This document shows positions 36,378-45,970 of a DNA stretch of 64,000 bases, one piece after another. This stretch comes from Candidatus Limnocylindria bacterium (GTDB lineage Bacteria; Chloroflexota; Limnocylindria; QHBO01). The translations under genes and the position numbers were made by a program. Where the stretch lies: assembly GCA_035697845.1 (NCBI GenBank), contig DASSCI010000060.1:1813-65812 (forward strand). The letters are read 5' to 3'. The notes below the pieces were generated by a model that saw only the letters and a program-made list of their open reading frames with translations, made no database searches and was not told the origin of the DNA. How positions within the stretch are numbered: the stretch's first letter is position 1; each line of letters opens with the position of its first letter.

Positions 36378-37286
36378 ATGCCCGAGTGGGACCCCGAGGT
36401 CGAGATCGATGAGGACCGCGCGCGGAGCCTGATCGAGCGGCAGTTCCCGGAGCTGCGTGGATCGACGGTCACGGCGGTCGCCGCCGGCTGGGACAACGTC
36501 GTGTTTCGGGTCGATGGGCGCTGGGCATTCCGGTTTCCGCGGCGCGCGATCGCCATCCCCGGCGTCGAGCGGGAGATCGCGACGCTGCCGCGCCTCGCCG
36601 GCCACCTGCCTGCACCGATCCCCGAGCCGCGGTTCGTCGGACGGCCGACGGGAGACTACCCGTGGCCGTGGTTTGGGGCGAAGTGGCTCCCTGGCACCGA
36701 GCTGTCCGACGCCCGACTCCCCGACGAGCGTCGGGCACCGCTGGCAACGTCGCTCGGCGAGTTCCTGCGGGCGCTCCATTCGACGCACGTGTCGCGCCTC
36801 GTCAGCGCGGGCCTGCCGGTCGATCCGATGCGGCGAGGTGACATGGGCTTCCGCGTGCCGCACGCCAGGCGCCGCCTCGACGAGGTCATCGCCAGGGGAC
36901 TCTGGGAGCCGAATGCGGACGTCGAGCGCCTGATCGTCCGGTCCACCGGCCTGCCTCCGCCACCCCGAACGCTGGTCGTGCACGGCGACCTGCACGTCCG
37001 CCACGTTCTGGTCGACGACGAGGGCGCGCTCAGCGCGGTGATCGACTGGGGCGACGTGTGCGCCGCCGACCCGAGCACTGACCTGTCGATCGCCTACGGC
37101 TGCTTCAGCGGCGAGGCACGGAGGGCGTTCCTCGACGCGTATGGGCCGATCGACGGGCTGACCGAGCTGCGCGCACGCGTCATCGCCACGTTCCTCGCCG
37201 CGGCCCTGCTCGGGTACGCCGCCGACGAGGGCATGGGGCGCCTGCAGTCGGAGTGCCTTCGCGCGCTCGAGCGGGTGGTCGCCTAG
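36378..37286 (+). CDS. Phosphotransferase (APH / aminoglycoside-phosphotransferase-like kinase fold) family protein.
   Basis: Catalytic loop VVHGDLHVRHVLVD and metal-binding motif IDWGDVCAADP. Starts 23 nt after the VWA gene stop. I trimmed the N-terminus of the track ORF. Confidence 0.7.
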   Translation: MPEWDPEVEIDEDRARSLIERQFPELRGSTVTAVAAGWDNVVFRVDGRWAFRFPRRAIAIPGVEREIATLPRLAGHLPAPIPEPRFVGRPTGDYPWPWFGAKWLPGTELSDARLPDERRAPLATSLGEFLRALHSTHVSRLVSAGLPVDPMRRGDMGFRVPHARRRLDEVIARGLWEPNADVERLIVRSTGLPPPPRTLVVHGDLHVRHVLVDDEGALSAVIDWGDVCAADPSTDLSIAYGCFSGEARRAFLDAYGPIDGLTELRARVIATFLAAALLGYAADEGMGRLQSECLRALERVVA

Positions 37287-37521
37287 GTCGTGGAACGGCG
37301 CTCGTTGCCGCGCTTGAAGGTGCCGGTCGCGCGCGCCATGAGCTGCTGCGCCGCGGCGGCATCGGCCGTCGACACGCGCGTCATGAACCGATCGGCGGCC
37401 TTTCCGCGCAGCAGGGTGACCGGGGCGGTGTGGTAGCGGATGACGATCGAGCCATCCGCTCGAGCGGCGTAGCTGAACGGCTCGCTGGCCAGCGGATCCG
37501 GTCGCGCCATGGCTGGAACCA
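37283..37521 (-). CDS. Small hypothetical protein.
   Basis: Roughly 79-aa ORF, MVPAMARPDPLASEPFSYAARADGSIVIRYH..., convergent with the APH gene. No recognisable domain. Confidence 0.3.
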
Positions 37522-37587
37522 TAGACCACGCGAGGCAGTGTTCAAGAGTCTTGAACACTGACGCCGCCAACGCGCCAGAATCGGAGG

Positions 37588-38499
37588 ATGACCCGTCCTT
37601 TGAAGATCGGCGTCCAGCTCCCGGAGGTCGAGCGCGTCGTGCGCTGGAGCGAGTTGCGGGAGATGGCCCAGCTGGCGGAGCGCATCGGCCTCGACTCGGT
37701 CTGGGTCGGCGACCACCTGCTGTATCGCGACGATGGGAAGCCGAGCCGCGGTCCATGGGAGGCATGGTCGCTGCTGGCGGCCCTGGCGGCCGTCACGGAG
37801 CGCGTCGAGATCGGCCCGCTGGTGGCCGCGACCAGCTTCCACAGTCCGGCCATGCTGGCCAAGAAGGCGGCCACCGTCGACGAGATCAGCGACGGGCGCC
37901 TCATCCTCGGCCTCGGCGCGGGCTGGAATCGGGCCGACTACGACGCCTTCGGCTTCGCGTACGACCACCGCGTCAGCCGCTTCGAGGAGGCCTTCACCAT
38001 CATCCGCGAGCTGCTCCGGACCGGGCGCAGTGACTTCGAGGGCGACTACTACCGCCTCGACCGGGGCGAGCTGCTGCCACGCGGGCCACGCCCGAATGGA
38101 CCGCCGCTCATGGTCGGATCCATGGGCGAGCGGATGCTGGCCATCACGCTGCCGTACGTCGACGCCTGGAACGCGTGGGGCCCGTGGTTCGGCAACGCGG
38201 TGGAGGGCTATCGCGGGCTGGCCGAGAAGATCGACGCCGCCTGTCGCACCGCGGGCCGCGACCCGGCGGCCGTCGAGCGCACCGTCGCGCTGATCGTTGC
38301 CATGCCGGGCGCGCTGGGCCGACGCTCTGCCTCGACCGACGCGCCGTTCGAGCCGATACCTGGCGATGTCGAGACGCTGGCGCCGGCCCTGCGAGCCTTC
38401 GCCGATGCCGGCGTGGCCCACGCCCAGCTGGTGCTCGACCCGATCACGCTCGAGTCGATCGCCGCCCTGGAGCCGACCCTCGCCGCGCTCGACGGCTGA
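37588..38499 (+). CDS. LLM-class F420/flavin-dependent oxidoreductase.
   Basis: LDSVWVGDHLL, ILGLGAGW and the TIM-barrel LLM pattern. 303 aa. Confidence 0.8.
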   Translation: MTRPLKIGVQLPEVERVVRWSELREMAQLAERIGLDSVWVGDHLLYRDDGKPSRGPWEAWSLLAALAAVTERVEIGPLVAATSFHSPAMLAKKAATVDEISDGRLILGLGAGWNRADYDAFGFAYDHRVSRFEEAFTIIRELLRTGRSDFEGDYYRLDRGELLPRGPRPNGPPLMVGSMGERMLAITLPYVDAWNAWGPWFGNAVEGYRGLAEKIDAACRTAGRDPAAVERTVALIVAMPGALGRRSASTDAPFEPIPGDVETLAPALRAFADAGVAHAQLVLDPITLESIAALEPTLAALDG

Positions 38500-38512
38500 T
38501 ACCATCCCGCCG

Positions 38513-38923
38513 ATGGAGCCCAGCATCGATCCCAGCCCTGCCAGCCTGCCACTGGGTCGGTCGGGCCGGCTGGAGGCGATGGCGCTCAGTGCGGCCGGCG
38601 ACCATGCGGTGCTGCTTCGCGAGACGGGCAGCGAGGCGCGCGGCCGGGCCCTCGTCACCACGGACAAGCTGCCGACGGGCGAGCGCCTGGTGGTCATGCC
38701 GCTCGACGAGGAGGTCGAGGTTCGCGTCGATGGCGACGCGCTCGCCGTCTGGCTCGGAGCCGGGTCACTCGCGGAGCTCGCGCCCGAGCAGCGACCGATG
38801 CCGGCCGGTGGCGTCCCGATCTGGGCGTCCGTCATCGGCGGTGGGCTGCTGCTGCTCGTCCTGGCCTTCGCCGTCATCGGCTCCGCGGTCGTATTCGCCT
38901 GGCTGACGGCACTGCTGACGTGA
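38513..38923 (+). CDS. Hypothetical protein with a C-terminal transmembrane anchor.
   Basis: ATG 38513 lies 14 nt after the LLM stop. C-terminus IGGGLLLLVLAFAVIGSAVVFAWLTALLT. Confidence 0.4.
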   Translation: MEPSIDPSPASLPLGRSGRLEAMALSAAGDHAVLLRETGSEARGRALVTTDKLPTGERLVVMPLDEEVEVRVDGDALAVWLGAGSLAELAPEQRPMPAGGVPIWASVIGGGLLLLVLAFAVIGSAVVFAWLTALLT

Positions 38924-39222
38924 GCGACGGACGGATCACACCGCCGGCCACCGGGTTGGCGGCGATGCGCATCGGCCTGGAGTTCGGCAACGCGGACGAA
39001 TTCACCGAGTCATTCACCCGTGCGCTGGCGCGGGGCGGGGAGCTTGGCGCCACGCTGGTGGCGGGCCTCGACCGCGGCGAGATGAGCATCCACCTGCCGC
39101 GCGTCGACGGCCCGTGCTGGAACTCGGTCCCGCTCTTCCACCTCCATCGTGGCGAGCAGCCGAGCGCCGAGGACTGGACGGTCACGGGCGCGGTCCTCGA
39201 AAAGCTCGAGCGCTCTCGCTGA
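38920..39222 (+). CDS. Small hypothetical protein.
   Basis: GTG start overlapping the upstream stop (GTGA). 100 aa. Confidence 0.35.
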   Translation: MSDGRITPPATGLAAMRIGLEFGNADEFTESFTRALARGGELGATLVAGLDRGEMSIHLPRVDGPCWNSVPLFHLHRGEQPSAEDWTVTGAVLEKLERSR

Positions 39223-39225
39223 CCG

Positions 39226-40071
39226 ATGCGGATCTACGTCTCGGTCGACATGGAGGGGCTCGCCGGCGTGGGCCATGCCCATCAGACCCACTACGGCCCG
39301 ACGGTCGATCGCGCGGACTACGACAGGAGTCGAGCACTGATGGCCGGCGAGGCCAACGCAGCCATCGAGGCGGCCTTCGAGCGGGGAGCGCGGGAGGTGG
39401 TCGTCAACGACAGCCACTGGCAGATGCGCAACCTTCGCGCCGAGGATCTGCATGAGGGGGCGCGGCTCCTGATCGGCGACAAGCCGCTGAGCATGACCCA
39501 GGGCGTCGGCGATGGGCCTGACGGTGCCTTCGACGGGGCGGCGTTCATCGGCTACCACGCCGGCGCCGGCAACCCGACCGGGGTGATCTCGCACACCTAC
39601 TCGTCCGCGACGGTGATGGAGGTGCGCGTCAACGGTGTCGTCCACAACGAGGCGAGCCTGAACGCGATCCGCCTCGGCCACTTCGGCGTGCCGGTCATGC
39701 TCGTTGCGGGCGACGACGCCCTGGCGGCCGAGATCGAAACGGTGCTGCCGTGGGCCGAGCGGGTCATCGTCAAACGCGGCCTGGGCTATTCGCTGACCGA
39801 CAGCCTCTCTCCTCACGACGCGGCCGCCGCGATCCGCAACGGCATGGGCCGCGCGATCGAGCGGATGGGCGAGATGGAGCTGCATCAGCCCAGCCTGCCG
39901 CTGCGAGGCGAGATGGACGTCCGGCTGCCGGTGATGGCGGACTTCGCGGCCGTGCTGCCGGGCGTCGAGCGCATCGGCCCGCGCACCATCGGCTTCGAGG
40001 CGCCGGACGGCGACAGCTTCTACCGCCTGTTCGTCTGCCTCATGCGGCTGGCCGGCGTGCCCGCTCTCTGA
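39226..40071 (+). CDS. D-aminopeptidase DppA (peptidase M55) family.
   Basis: MRIYVSVDMEGLAGV...VVVNDSHWQMRNL...IGYHAGAG match the M55 family. Confidence 0.8.
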   Translation: MRIYVSVDMEGLAGVGHAHQTHYGPTVDRADYDRSRALMAGEANAAIEAAFERGAREVVVNDSHWQMRNLRAEDLHEGARLLIGDKPLSMTQGVGDGPDGAFDGAAFIGYHAGAGNPTGVISHTYSSATVMEVRVNGVVHNEASLNAIRLGHFGVPVMLVAGDDALAAEIETVLPWAERVIVKRGLGYSLTDSLSPHDAAAAIRNGMGRAIERMGEMELHQPSLPLRGEMDVRLPVMADFAAVLPGVERIGPRTIGFEAPDGDSFYRLFVCLMRLAGVPAL

Positions 40072-40072
40072 C

Positions 40073-40576
40073 ATGGCGACGCCGTTCGACGAGGCGGAGC
40101 GGCGGCGCATGCGCGACCTGATGGCGCACTTCGCGACCGGCGTGACGGTCGTGGCCGCACGCCATGGGCCGCTGCTGGCGGGCATGACCGCCAACGCCAT
40201 CGCCAGCATCAGCATCGATCCACCGATCCTCATGGCGAGCATCGCGCGCAAGGCCGAGACGCACGGCGCAATCATCGGCTCACATGCCTTCGCCGTCAGC
40301 GTCCTCGCCGAGGACCAGCGCGAGCTGGCCGATTGCTTCGCCCAGCCGACGACGGCCACGAAGCTGACCCGCTTCTGCGACGCGCCCTGGCACGAGGCCG
40401 AGACCGGCTCGCCGATCCTCGAGGGCGCCCTGGCCTACTTCGACTGTCGCCTCACCGAGCGCCACGATGGCGGTGATCACACGATCTTCCTGGGCGAGAT
40501 CGTGGCGGCCGGCTATCGCGAGGACGCAGCGCCGCTGCTCTGGTACGGCTCCGCCTACCACCGGCTCGTTCGCTAA
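40073..40576 (+). CDS. Flavin reductase-like (NADH:FMN oxidoreductase, RutF/HpaC-type) protein.
   Basis: FATGVTVVAA...GMTANAIASIS...FDCRL...DHTIFLGEIV. Confidence 0.8.
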   Translation: MATPFDEAERRRMRDLMAHFATGVTVVAARHGPLLAGMTANAIASISIDPPILMASIARKAETHGAIIGSHAFAVSVLAEDQRELADCFAQPTTATKLTRFCDAPWHEAETGSPILEGALAYFDCRLTERHDGGDHTIFLGEIVAAGYREDAAPLLWYGSAYHRLVR

Positions 40577-40614
40577 CGCGCTAGGGGCGCCAGGCGTGCC
40601 CCGCGGCCATGAGG

Positions 40615-42213
40615 TCAGCCGCTGCGGGCGCGGCTCCGATCGCCGAGGATCTGGCCGGCCGCGAGACGCCCCGGGGCGCCCATGACGCAGCCGCCCGGGT
40701 GAGTGCCCGAGCCGCACTGGTAGTAGCCGGCGATCGGCGTGCGGTACTGCGACCAGCCGGGCGCCGGGCGGAAGAAGAACATCTGCGGCGCCAGGAACTC
40801 GCCGGCGAAGATATTGCCCTCGCTCAACCCCACCGTGCGCTCGATGTCGAGCGGTGTGACGACCTCACGGTGGAGCACCAGCCCGCCGAAGCCGGGGAAG
40901 AAGCGTTCCAGCGTCGCCTGGACGCGGTCAGCCATGTGCTCGCGCTCGGCGTCCCAATCGGACTCGCGCAGCTGGTACGGCGTGTACTGGACGAAACAGG
41001 ACAGGACGTGCTTGCCCGGCGGCGCCATGTCGGGGTCGATGGTCGACTGGATGGCGCAGTCGATGTACGGGTGCTCGCTGTACCAGCCGTACTTCGCGTC
41101 GTCGAAGGCACGCTCCAGATAATCGACCGACGGACCGATGTTCAGGAAGCCGCGGTACAGCTCCGGCCCGCTGCCGAGGGTCGGGTGCGTCGGCAGGCCC
41201 GACAGCGCGAAGTTCACCTTCGAGCTGACGCCCTGGAACTTCAGGCGGCGGATGTCCTCGACCAGGTCGTCGGGCAGCTCGCGCGGGTCGACCATCTCGA
41301 GGAATGTGCGGCGAGGATCGAGCGCGCTCACGACGACATCGGCCGCGATCTCGGTGCCGTCCTCGAGCGCCACGCCGGTCGCCTCGCCGTCGCGCGTCAG
41401 GACGCGCACCACCGGCGACTCCAGGCGGATCTCGGCGCCGAACGCTTGCGCTGCTCGGGCCAGGACCTGGGTGAACCCGCCGTTGCCGCCCTTGTGGAAT
41501 GCCCAGGTGCCGAAGCTGCCGTCGTGCTCGCCCAGCGAGTGGAACAGCAGGACCAGGCCACTGCCCTGCGAGCGCGGCCCGACCTTGGAGCCGATGATCC
41601 CGGACGAGGCGAACCAGCCCTTGAGGAGCTCCGACTCGAAGTAGTCGTCAAGGAAGTCGGCCGCGCTGCCGGTCAGCAGCCGCACGGCGTTGTGCAGCGT
41701 TCGCTTGTCGAGCGAGCGGAGTTGCGACCCGAGCGCGGCCAGCCGCACGACCTCCTCCGGATCGTCGCTGAAGATGTCCGGCGGGATGGTGTCGAGCAGC
41801 GGCTTGATGGCCTGGCAGACGCGGTCGAGGTCGTGGCCGTACTGGTCGTAGGCATCGGCGTCGTGCGGTGAGTGGCGGGCGACCTCGCGCAGGTTCTCGT
41901 CGTGATCCCGCGTGAACAGGAGGTGGTCGCCGTCGTCGCCCGGCGCGAAGCGCGTCGACATCTGGAGCGGCAGGAAGCCGTGCTTTGTCAGCTCGAGCTC
42001 ATGAATGATCTGTGGCCGCAGCAGGCTGAGCGCGTAGCTGAAGGTCGTGAACCAGAAGCCGGGCTGGAGCTCCTCCGTGATCGCCGCCCCGCCGACGAGG
42101 TGGCGACGCTCGAGGATGAGCGTCCGCAGCCCGCCCTTCGCGAGGTAGGCGCCGTTGACGAGGCCGTTGTGGCCGCCGCCGATGACGATCGCGTCGTATC
42201 GGTCCGTGCTCAT
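40615..42213 (-). CDS. NAD(P)/FAD-dependent oxidoreductase (phytoene-desaturase/CrtI-like).
   Basis: Start MSTDRYDAIVIGGGHNGLVNGAYLAKGG (Rossmann GxGxxG). 532 aa. I trimmed 117 codons of N-terminal extension. Confidence 0.75.
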   Translation of the reverse strand: MSTDRYDAIVIGGGHNGLVNGAYLAKGGLRTLILERRHLVGGAAITEELQPGFWFTTFSYALSLLRPQIIHELELTKHGFLPLQMSTRFAPGDDGDHLLFTRDHDENLREVARHSPHDADAYDQYGHDLDRVCQAIKPLLDTIPPDIFSDDPEEVVRLAALGSQLRSLDKRTLHNAVRLLTGSAADFLDDYFESELLKGWFASSGIIGSKVGPRSQGSGLVLLFHSLGEHDGSFGTWAFHKGGNGGFTQVLARAAQAFGAEIRLESPVVRVLTRDGEATGVALEDGTEIAADVVVSALDPRRTFLEMVDPRELPDDLVEDIRRLKFQGVSSKVNFALSGLPTHPTLGSGPELYRGFLNIGPSVDYLERAFDDAKYGWYSEHPYIDCAIQSTIDPDMAPPGKHVLSCFVQYTPYQLRESDWDAEREHMADRVQATLERFFPGFGGLVLHREVVTPLDIERTVGLSEGNIFAGEFLAPQMFFFRPAPGWSQYRTPIAGYYQCGSGTHPGGCVMGAPGRLAAGQILGDRSRARSG

Positions 42214-42220
42214 CGGTCCA

Positions 42221-43420
42221 TCAGGCGGTCTTGCGCTCCGGGTTGTAGAGGGGGAGCCGGGCGACGTGCGCGGCGACCTGCTCGTAGTGGTGGTCCACGG
42301 TGAACTCCAGGAAGACTCGGCTGCCAGGCTTCGCCAGATCGGGACGGACGCGCGCGAGCGCGATGTGCCGCTGCAGCACCGGCGAGTACATGATGCTGGT
42401 CGCGTAGCCGACGCGTGTGCGATCGGCGTCATACACCATCCAGTCCTCGTGCACCGGGCGGTGGTCCTTGGGCGGGATGAGCCCGGCCGAGCTGTAGACA
42501 CGGTCGTAGTCCTGCCAGTCGACGACCAGGCCGACCATCCGCCAGCGACTGCTCTTCTCGGCACGTTCGCGCACGAGGGCCGTGCGGCCGATGAAGGGGC
42601 GCTCGTCCTCCTCCAGGCCCTTGAACATCCACGCCCAGCCGAGCTCGAGCGGGGTCGACCGATGCGCGTCGTTGAAGGCGAACCGGCTGGAGTCGAAGTC
42701 GGCGCCGAGCAGCATCAGCCCGGCCTCGATGCGGAGCATGTACAGCGCTCCCATCCCGTACGGCAGCATGCCGTGCCCCTCTGCCGCCTCCCAGACGCCG
42801 TCCCATACCGTGAGCGCGTCGGCCGCCTCGACCCAGATCTCGTAGCCCAGATCGCCGGTGTACCCGGTTCGGCTGACGGTGACCGGACGGCCGCCGATGG
42901 TCGCGTTCGTGATCCCGAAGAAGGGCAGCTCGGTCACGGACGGAACCAGCCTCGCCAGCACCTCCCGCGAGCGCGGTCCCTGCACCGCCAGGGTGCCGAT
43001 GTCCAGGCTCACCTCCTCGATGGTGACGGACAGGCGGCCGATGCGGTCGGCGAACCAGGCGAAGTTCGGCTCGGCCGAGGTCAGGAGGAACTCGTCGGCA
43101 GCGTGGCGCAGGACGACGCCGTCCTCGAGCACGAAGCCGCGATCGTCGAGCCAGGTCGTGTACTGCGCATTCCCCGGCGCGCACGTTCGAATGTCACGCG
43201 CCAGCATGCCGGAAAGGAAGCGCTCGGCGTCGCGCCCGGCGATGCGGTACTTGTACAGCGGGGAGGTGTCGAGCACGCCGACGCCATTGCGGACGGCGAA
43301 GTACTCGAACTTGTCCGACGCCATGTACCGCGTCACCACGAGGTGGCCCGACCAGTGCTGCCAGAGGCCGGTCTCGTTGAGGGCGCTGGTCCGGTCGTGG
43401 AAGGGCGTGGTCCGGATCAT
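42221..43420 (-). CDS. Aminomethyltransferase-family protein (GcvT-like folate-binding).
   Basis: GVGVLDTSPLYKYRIAGRDAERFL...RTGYTGDLGYEIW is typical of the GcvT/DmdA family. Confidence 0.8.
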   Translation of the reverse strand: MIRTTPFHDRTSALNETGLWQHWSGHLVVTRYMASDKFEYFAVRNGVGVLDTSPLYKYRIAGRDAERFLSGMLARDIRTCAPGNAQYTTWLDDRGFVLEDGVVLRHAADEFLLTSAEPNFAWFADRIGRLSVTIEEVSLDIGTLAVQGPRSREVLARLVPSVTELPFFGITNATIGGRPVTVSRTGYTGDLGYEIWVEAADALTVWDGVWEAAEGHGMLPYGMGALYMLRIEAGLMLLGADFDSSRFAFNDAHRSTPLELGWAWMFKGLEEDERPFIGRTALVRERAEKSSRWRMVGLVVDWQDYDRVYSSAGLIPPKDHRPVHEDWMVYDADRTRVGYATSIMYSPVLQRHIALARVRPDLAKPGSRVFLEFTVDHHYEQVAAHVARLPLYNPERKTA

Positions 43421-43497
43421 CGGGCGTGAGCATACCGGGGATGCTCGGGATGGCGATGCTGAACGTCCGTCGGCGCGACTGAGGCGGCTCGAGGGCT

Positions 43498-43884
43498 TCA
43501 GGTCGCCGGCTCGGACTCCGGCTCCGGCAGCTCGGCGTCGACGGCGGCGACGAATTCGGTGAAGTCGAAGGGCTTGCGCAGCACGGGGGCGATGACCTCG
43601 AGCCGGCTTGCCTCCTCGTCGTCGATGGCCGTCACGAACAGCACCGGGATGTCCCGGTACTGCGGGCGCTCGCGCAGCGAGTGGACGATCGTCGAGCCGT
43701 ACTCGTCGGGCAGGCGCTGGTCGAGCACCAGCAGGTCGGGAGTGATGCCTTCCTCCACGAGCGCGGTGTACAGGCTTTCGGCGTCCTCGAAGCCGCGCAC
43801 CTCGTGGCCGAGCTCGGCGAGGACGGCCACCATCGCCGTCCGGATGAAGGGCTCGTCGTCGACGACCCAGATGCGGTGTCCCAT
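43498..43884 (-). CDS. Single-domain response regulator (CheY-like receiver).
   Basis: IWVVDDEPFIR...LLVLDQRLPD...VLFVTA...LRKPFD. GGAGGA Shine-Dalgarno motif before ATG 43884. Confidence 0.65.
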   Translation of the reverse strand: MGHRIWVVDDEPFIRTAMVAVLAELGHEVRGFEDAESLYTALVEEGITPDLLVLDQRLPDEYGSTIVHSLRERPQYRDIPVLFVTAIDDEEASRLEVIAPVLRKPFDFTEFVAAVDAELPEPESEPAT

Positions 43885-43904
43885 GCGCGCGTCCTCCATC
43901 TCGC

Positions 43905-45215
43905 CTAGGCGCCGATCGCCTCGAGTGAGTCGCCGATGATACCGATGGCGAGGTCGACCTCGTCGTCCGTCGTCACCAGCGGCGGGATGATGCGGACCAC
44001 CTGGCCCCGCGTGCCGCACGTGAGCAGCAGCAACTTCCTCGCCATGGCCTCGCGAAGTAGCGCCTTCGCCAGGTCGGGTCGCGGCGTGAGCGCATCTCCC
44101 TCGGCCAGCTCGATCGCGATCATCATGCCCCTGCCACGCACCTCCGCCACGCACGCCTTGCCTTCGGCGCGAACGCGCAGCCCGTCGAGCAGGCGACCCC
44201 CAAGCCGATGCGCCCGATCGGCCAGTCGCTCCTCGTCGATGACGTCGAGGGTCGCCAGGGCGGCTGCGCAGGCCACGGCATTGCCGCCGTACGTGCCGCC
44301 GTGGGTCCCCGGCGCCAGCTGATCGAGCAACGGGCGCGCGGCCATGATCCCCGACAGCGGCAGGCCCGACGCGATGCCCTTGGCCATGATCACGATGTCG
44401 GGGGTCGTATCGGTCCATTGGGTGGCGAAGAAGCGTCCCGTGCGGGCGTAGCCGGACTGCACCTCGTCGACGGCGAGCAGGATCCCGTGCCGGTCGGCCA
44501 GCTCGCGCAACGCGGGCAGAAAGCCGTCGGGTGGCACCACGTAGCCGCCCTCGCCGAGCACCGGCTCGACCACGAACGCCGCCACGTCATCCGGTGCCAC
44601 GACGGTGGCGAACAGCTCGTCCAGCGCGCCGAGCGTGGCGGCCAGCGCGGCGGCGTCGCCGCCCATCCGCAGCGGGTACGGGTAGGGGACGAAGTGGACG
44701 CCGCCCATGAGCGGCTCGAAATGCGCGCGGTACTTGACGTTCGAGCTGGTGAGCGCCATGGCGCCATGGGTCCGCCCGTGGAACCCGCCGCGGAACGCGA
44801 TGACCAGCGGCCGTCGCGTCGCCGCCTTGGCGAGCTTGACGGCCGCCTCGACCGCTTCCGCCCCGGAGTTCGACAGGAACAGGCCGTACTCCTGCCCGGC
44901 GCGGGGGTTCGGGAATCGCGAGGGCAGCCGCCGGTGGAGCTCCAGCCCGGGCTGGTGGTGGACGATGTTCTGCTGCAGATGGATGCCGCGTGCCGCCTGC
45001 TCGGCGATGGCCGCCACCACGCGCGGGTGGGCATGCCCGGTGTTCGTGACGCCGATGCCGCAGGTGTAGTCGAGGTACCGCTCGCCGTCGACCGTCTCGA
45101 TCCACGAGCCGGAGGCGCGCTCGACGATGAGATCGGTGTAGCGCGCCCAGACCGGCGGGATGCCCGAGCGCAGCGCGGACCAATCGGTCAGAAGGTCGGT
45201 GGCGTGTTGATCCAT
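43905..45215 (-). CDS. Class III PLP-dependent aminotransferase (omega-amino acid / putrescine / GABA aminotransferase-like).
   Basis: GGFHGRT, the PLP-lysine context VDEVQSGYARTGRFFA...IVIMAKGIASGLP, and THGGTYGGN. Confidence 0.85.
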   Translation of the reverse strand: MDQHATDLLTDWSALRSGIPPVWARYTDLIVERASGSWIETVDGERYLDYTCGIGVTNTGHAHPRVVAAIAEQAARGIHLQQNIVHHQPGLELHRRLPSRFPNPRAGQEYGLFLSNSGAEAVEAAVKLAKAATRRPLVIAFRGGFHGRTHGAMALTSSNVKYRAHFEPLMGGVHFVPYPYPLRMGGDAAALAATLGALDELFATVVAPDDVAAFVVEPVLGEGGYVVPPDGFLPALRELADRHGILLAVDEVQSGYARTGRFFATQWTDTTPDIVIMAKGIASGLPLSGIMAARPLLDQLAPGTHGGTYGGNAVACAAALATLDVIDEERLADRAHRLGGRLLDGLRVRAEGKACVAEVRGRGMMIAIELAEGDALTPRPDLAKALLREAMARKLLLLTCGTRGQVVRIIPPLVTTDDEVDLAIGIIGDSLEAIGA

Positions 45216-45970
45216 AGCAGTCGGGTCTCCCCGCGGGCGTCGTTGCGCCAGCGATGCGGCAGGGTGGAGGGGAAGCTGAGCGCGTCGCCGACATCGGCCA
45301 GGCGATAGGTCTCGTCGTCGCCGAGCCAGACCGTGAGCGCGCCGGAGAGCAGGTACAGGAATTCCTCGCCGTCGTGGGCGTATGCGCCGTCGCTCGAGGC
45401 GCCCTCGGCCAGCACGAAGAGCTGCGGCTCGAGCTGGCTGGTGCCGAGCGCCAGCTGCTCGATGCGGACCGATGCGTCGCCCAGCATCAGCGCGGGACGC
45501 TCGGAGCTGCGCACCAGCCGCGGCGTCGAGCCCGATGGCGGACCGAACAGCGCGTTGAGGGTCGTGCCATACGCGGCGGTCAGGCGTTGGAGCGTGGCCA
45601 CCGTCGCCCCGGACGCCCCGCGCTCGACGGCCGACAGGAAGCTGACCGACAGGCCGCTGCGGCGGCTCGCCTCGCGCAGGCTGAGGCCGTGCTGCTCGCG
45701 CAAGCGGCGCAGGGGACGGCCATCCAGGCGCCTTTCGGCATCGTGGCCCGCCGTCACGCTGTCGCGCAGCACGCGTCGGATGCCGGGCGCGTTGAGGCGC
45801 TCGACCTGGCGCAGGCGCCGGATATGGCGAAGGTGGTCCAGATCGGCGTCACTGTAGAGCCGATAGCGGCCGCGCCGCAGCGGCCGCACCAGCCCCTGGC
45901 GCTCCCAGAGCCGCAGCGCGGAGGCGGAGACGCCGACCCGGCGTGCGGCCTCGCCGATCAGATAGGTCAC
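45188..45970 (-). CDS. Tri-domain transcriptional regulator: MerR-type HTH, XRE-type HTH and a C-terminal cupin (PuuR-like sensor).
   Basis: GTG start 45970 overlapping the permease stop (GTGA). MerR HTH YLIGEAARRVGVSASALRLWERQGLV. A second HTH, LSLREASRRSGLSVSFLSAVERG. Cupin GEEFLYLLSGALTVWLGD. Confidence 0.65.
   Translation of the reverse strand: MTYLIGEAARRVGVSASALRLWERQGLVRPLRRGRYRLYSDADLDHLRHIRRLRQVERLNAPGIRRVLRDSVTAGHDAERRLDGRPLRRLREQHGLSLREASRRSGLSVSFLSAVERGASGATVATLQRLTAAYGTTLNALFGPPSGSTPRLVRSSERPALMLGDASVRIEQLALGTSQLEPQLFVLAEGASSDGAYAHDGEEFLYLLSGALTVWLGDDETYRLADVGDALSFPSTLPHRWRNDARGETRLLWINTPPTF

Noticed and set aside
37381-38877. 498-aa reverse ORF and 37733..38293 forward alternative frame over the LLM oxidoreductase gene.
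   Set aside because: The LLM motifs occur only in the 37588..38499 forward frame.
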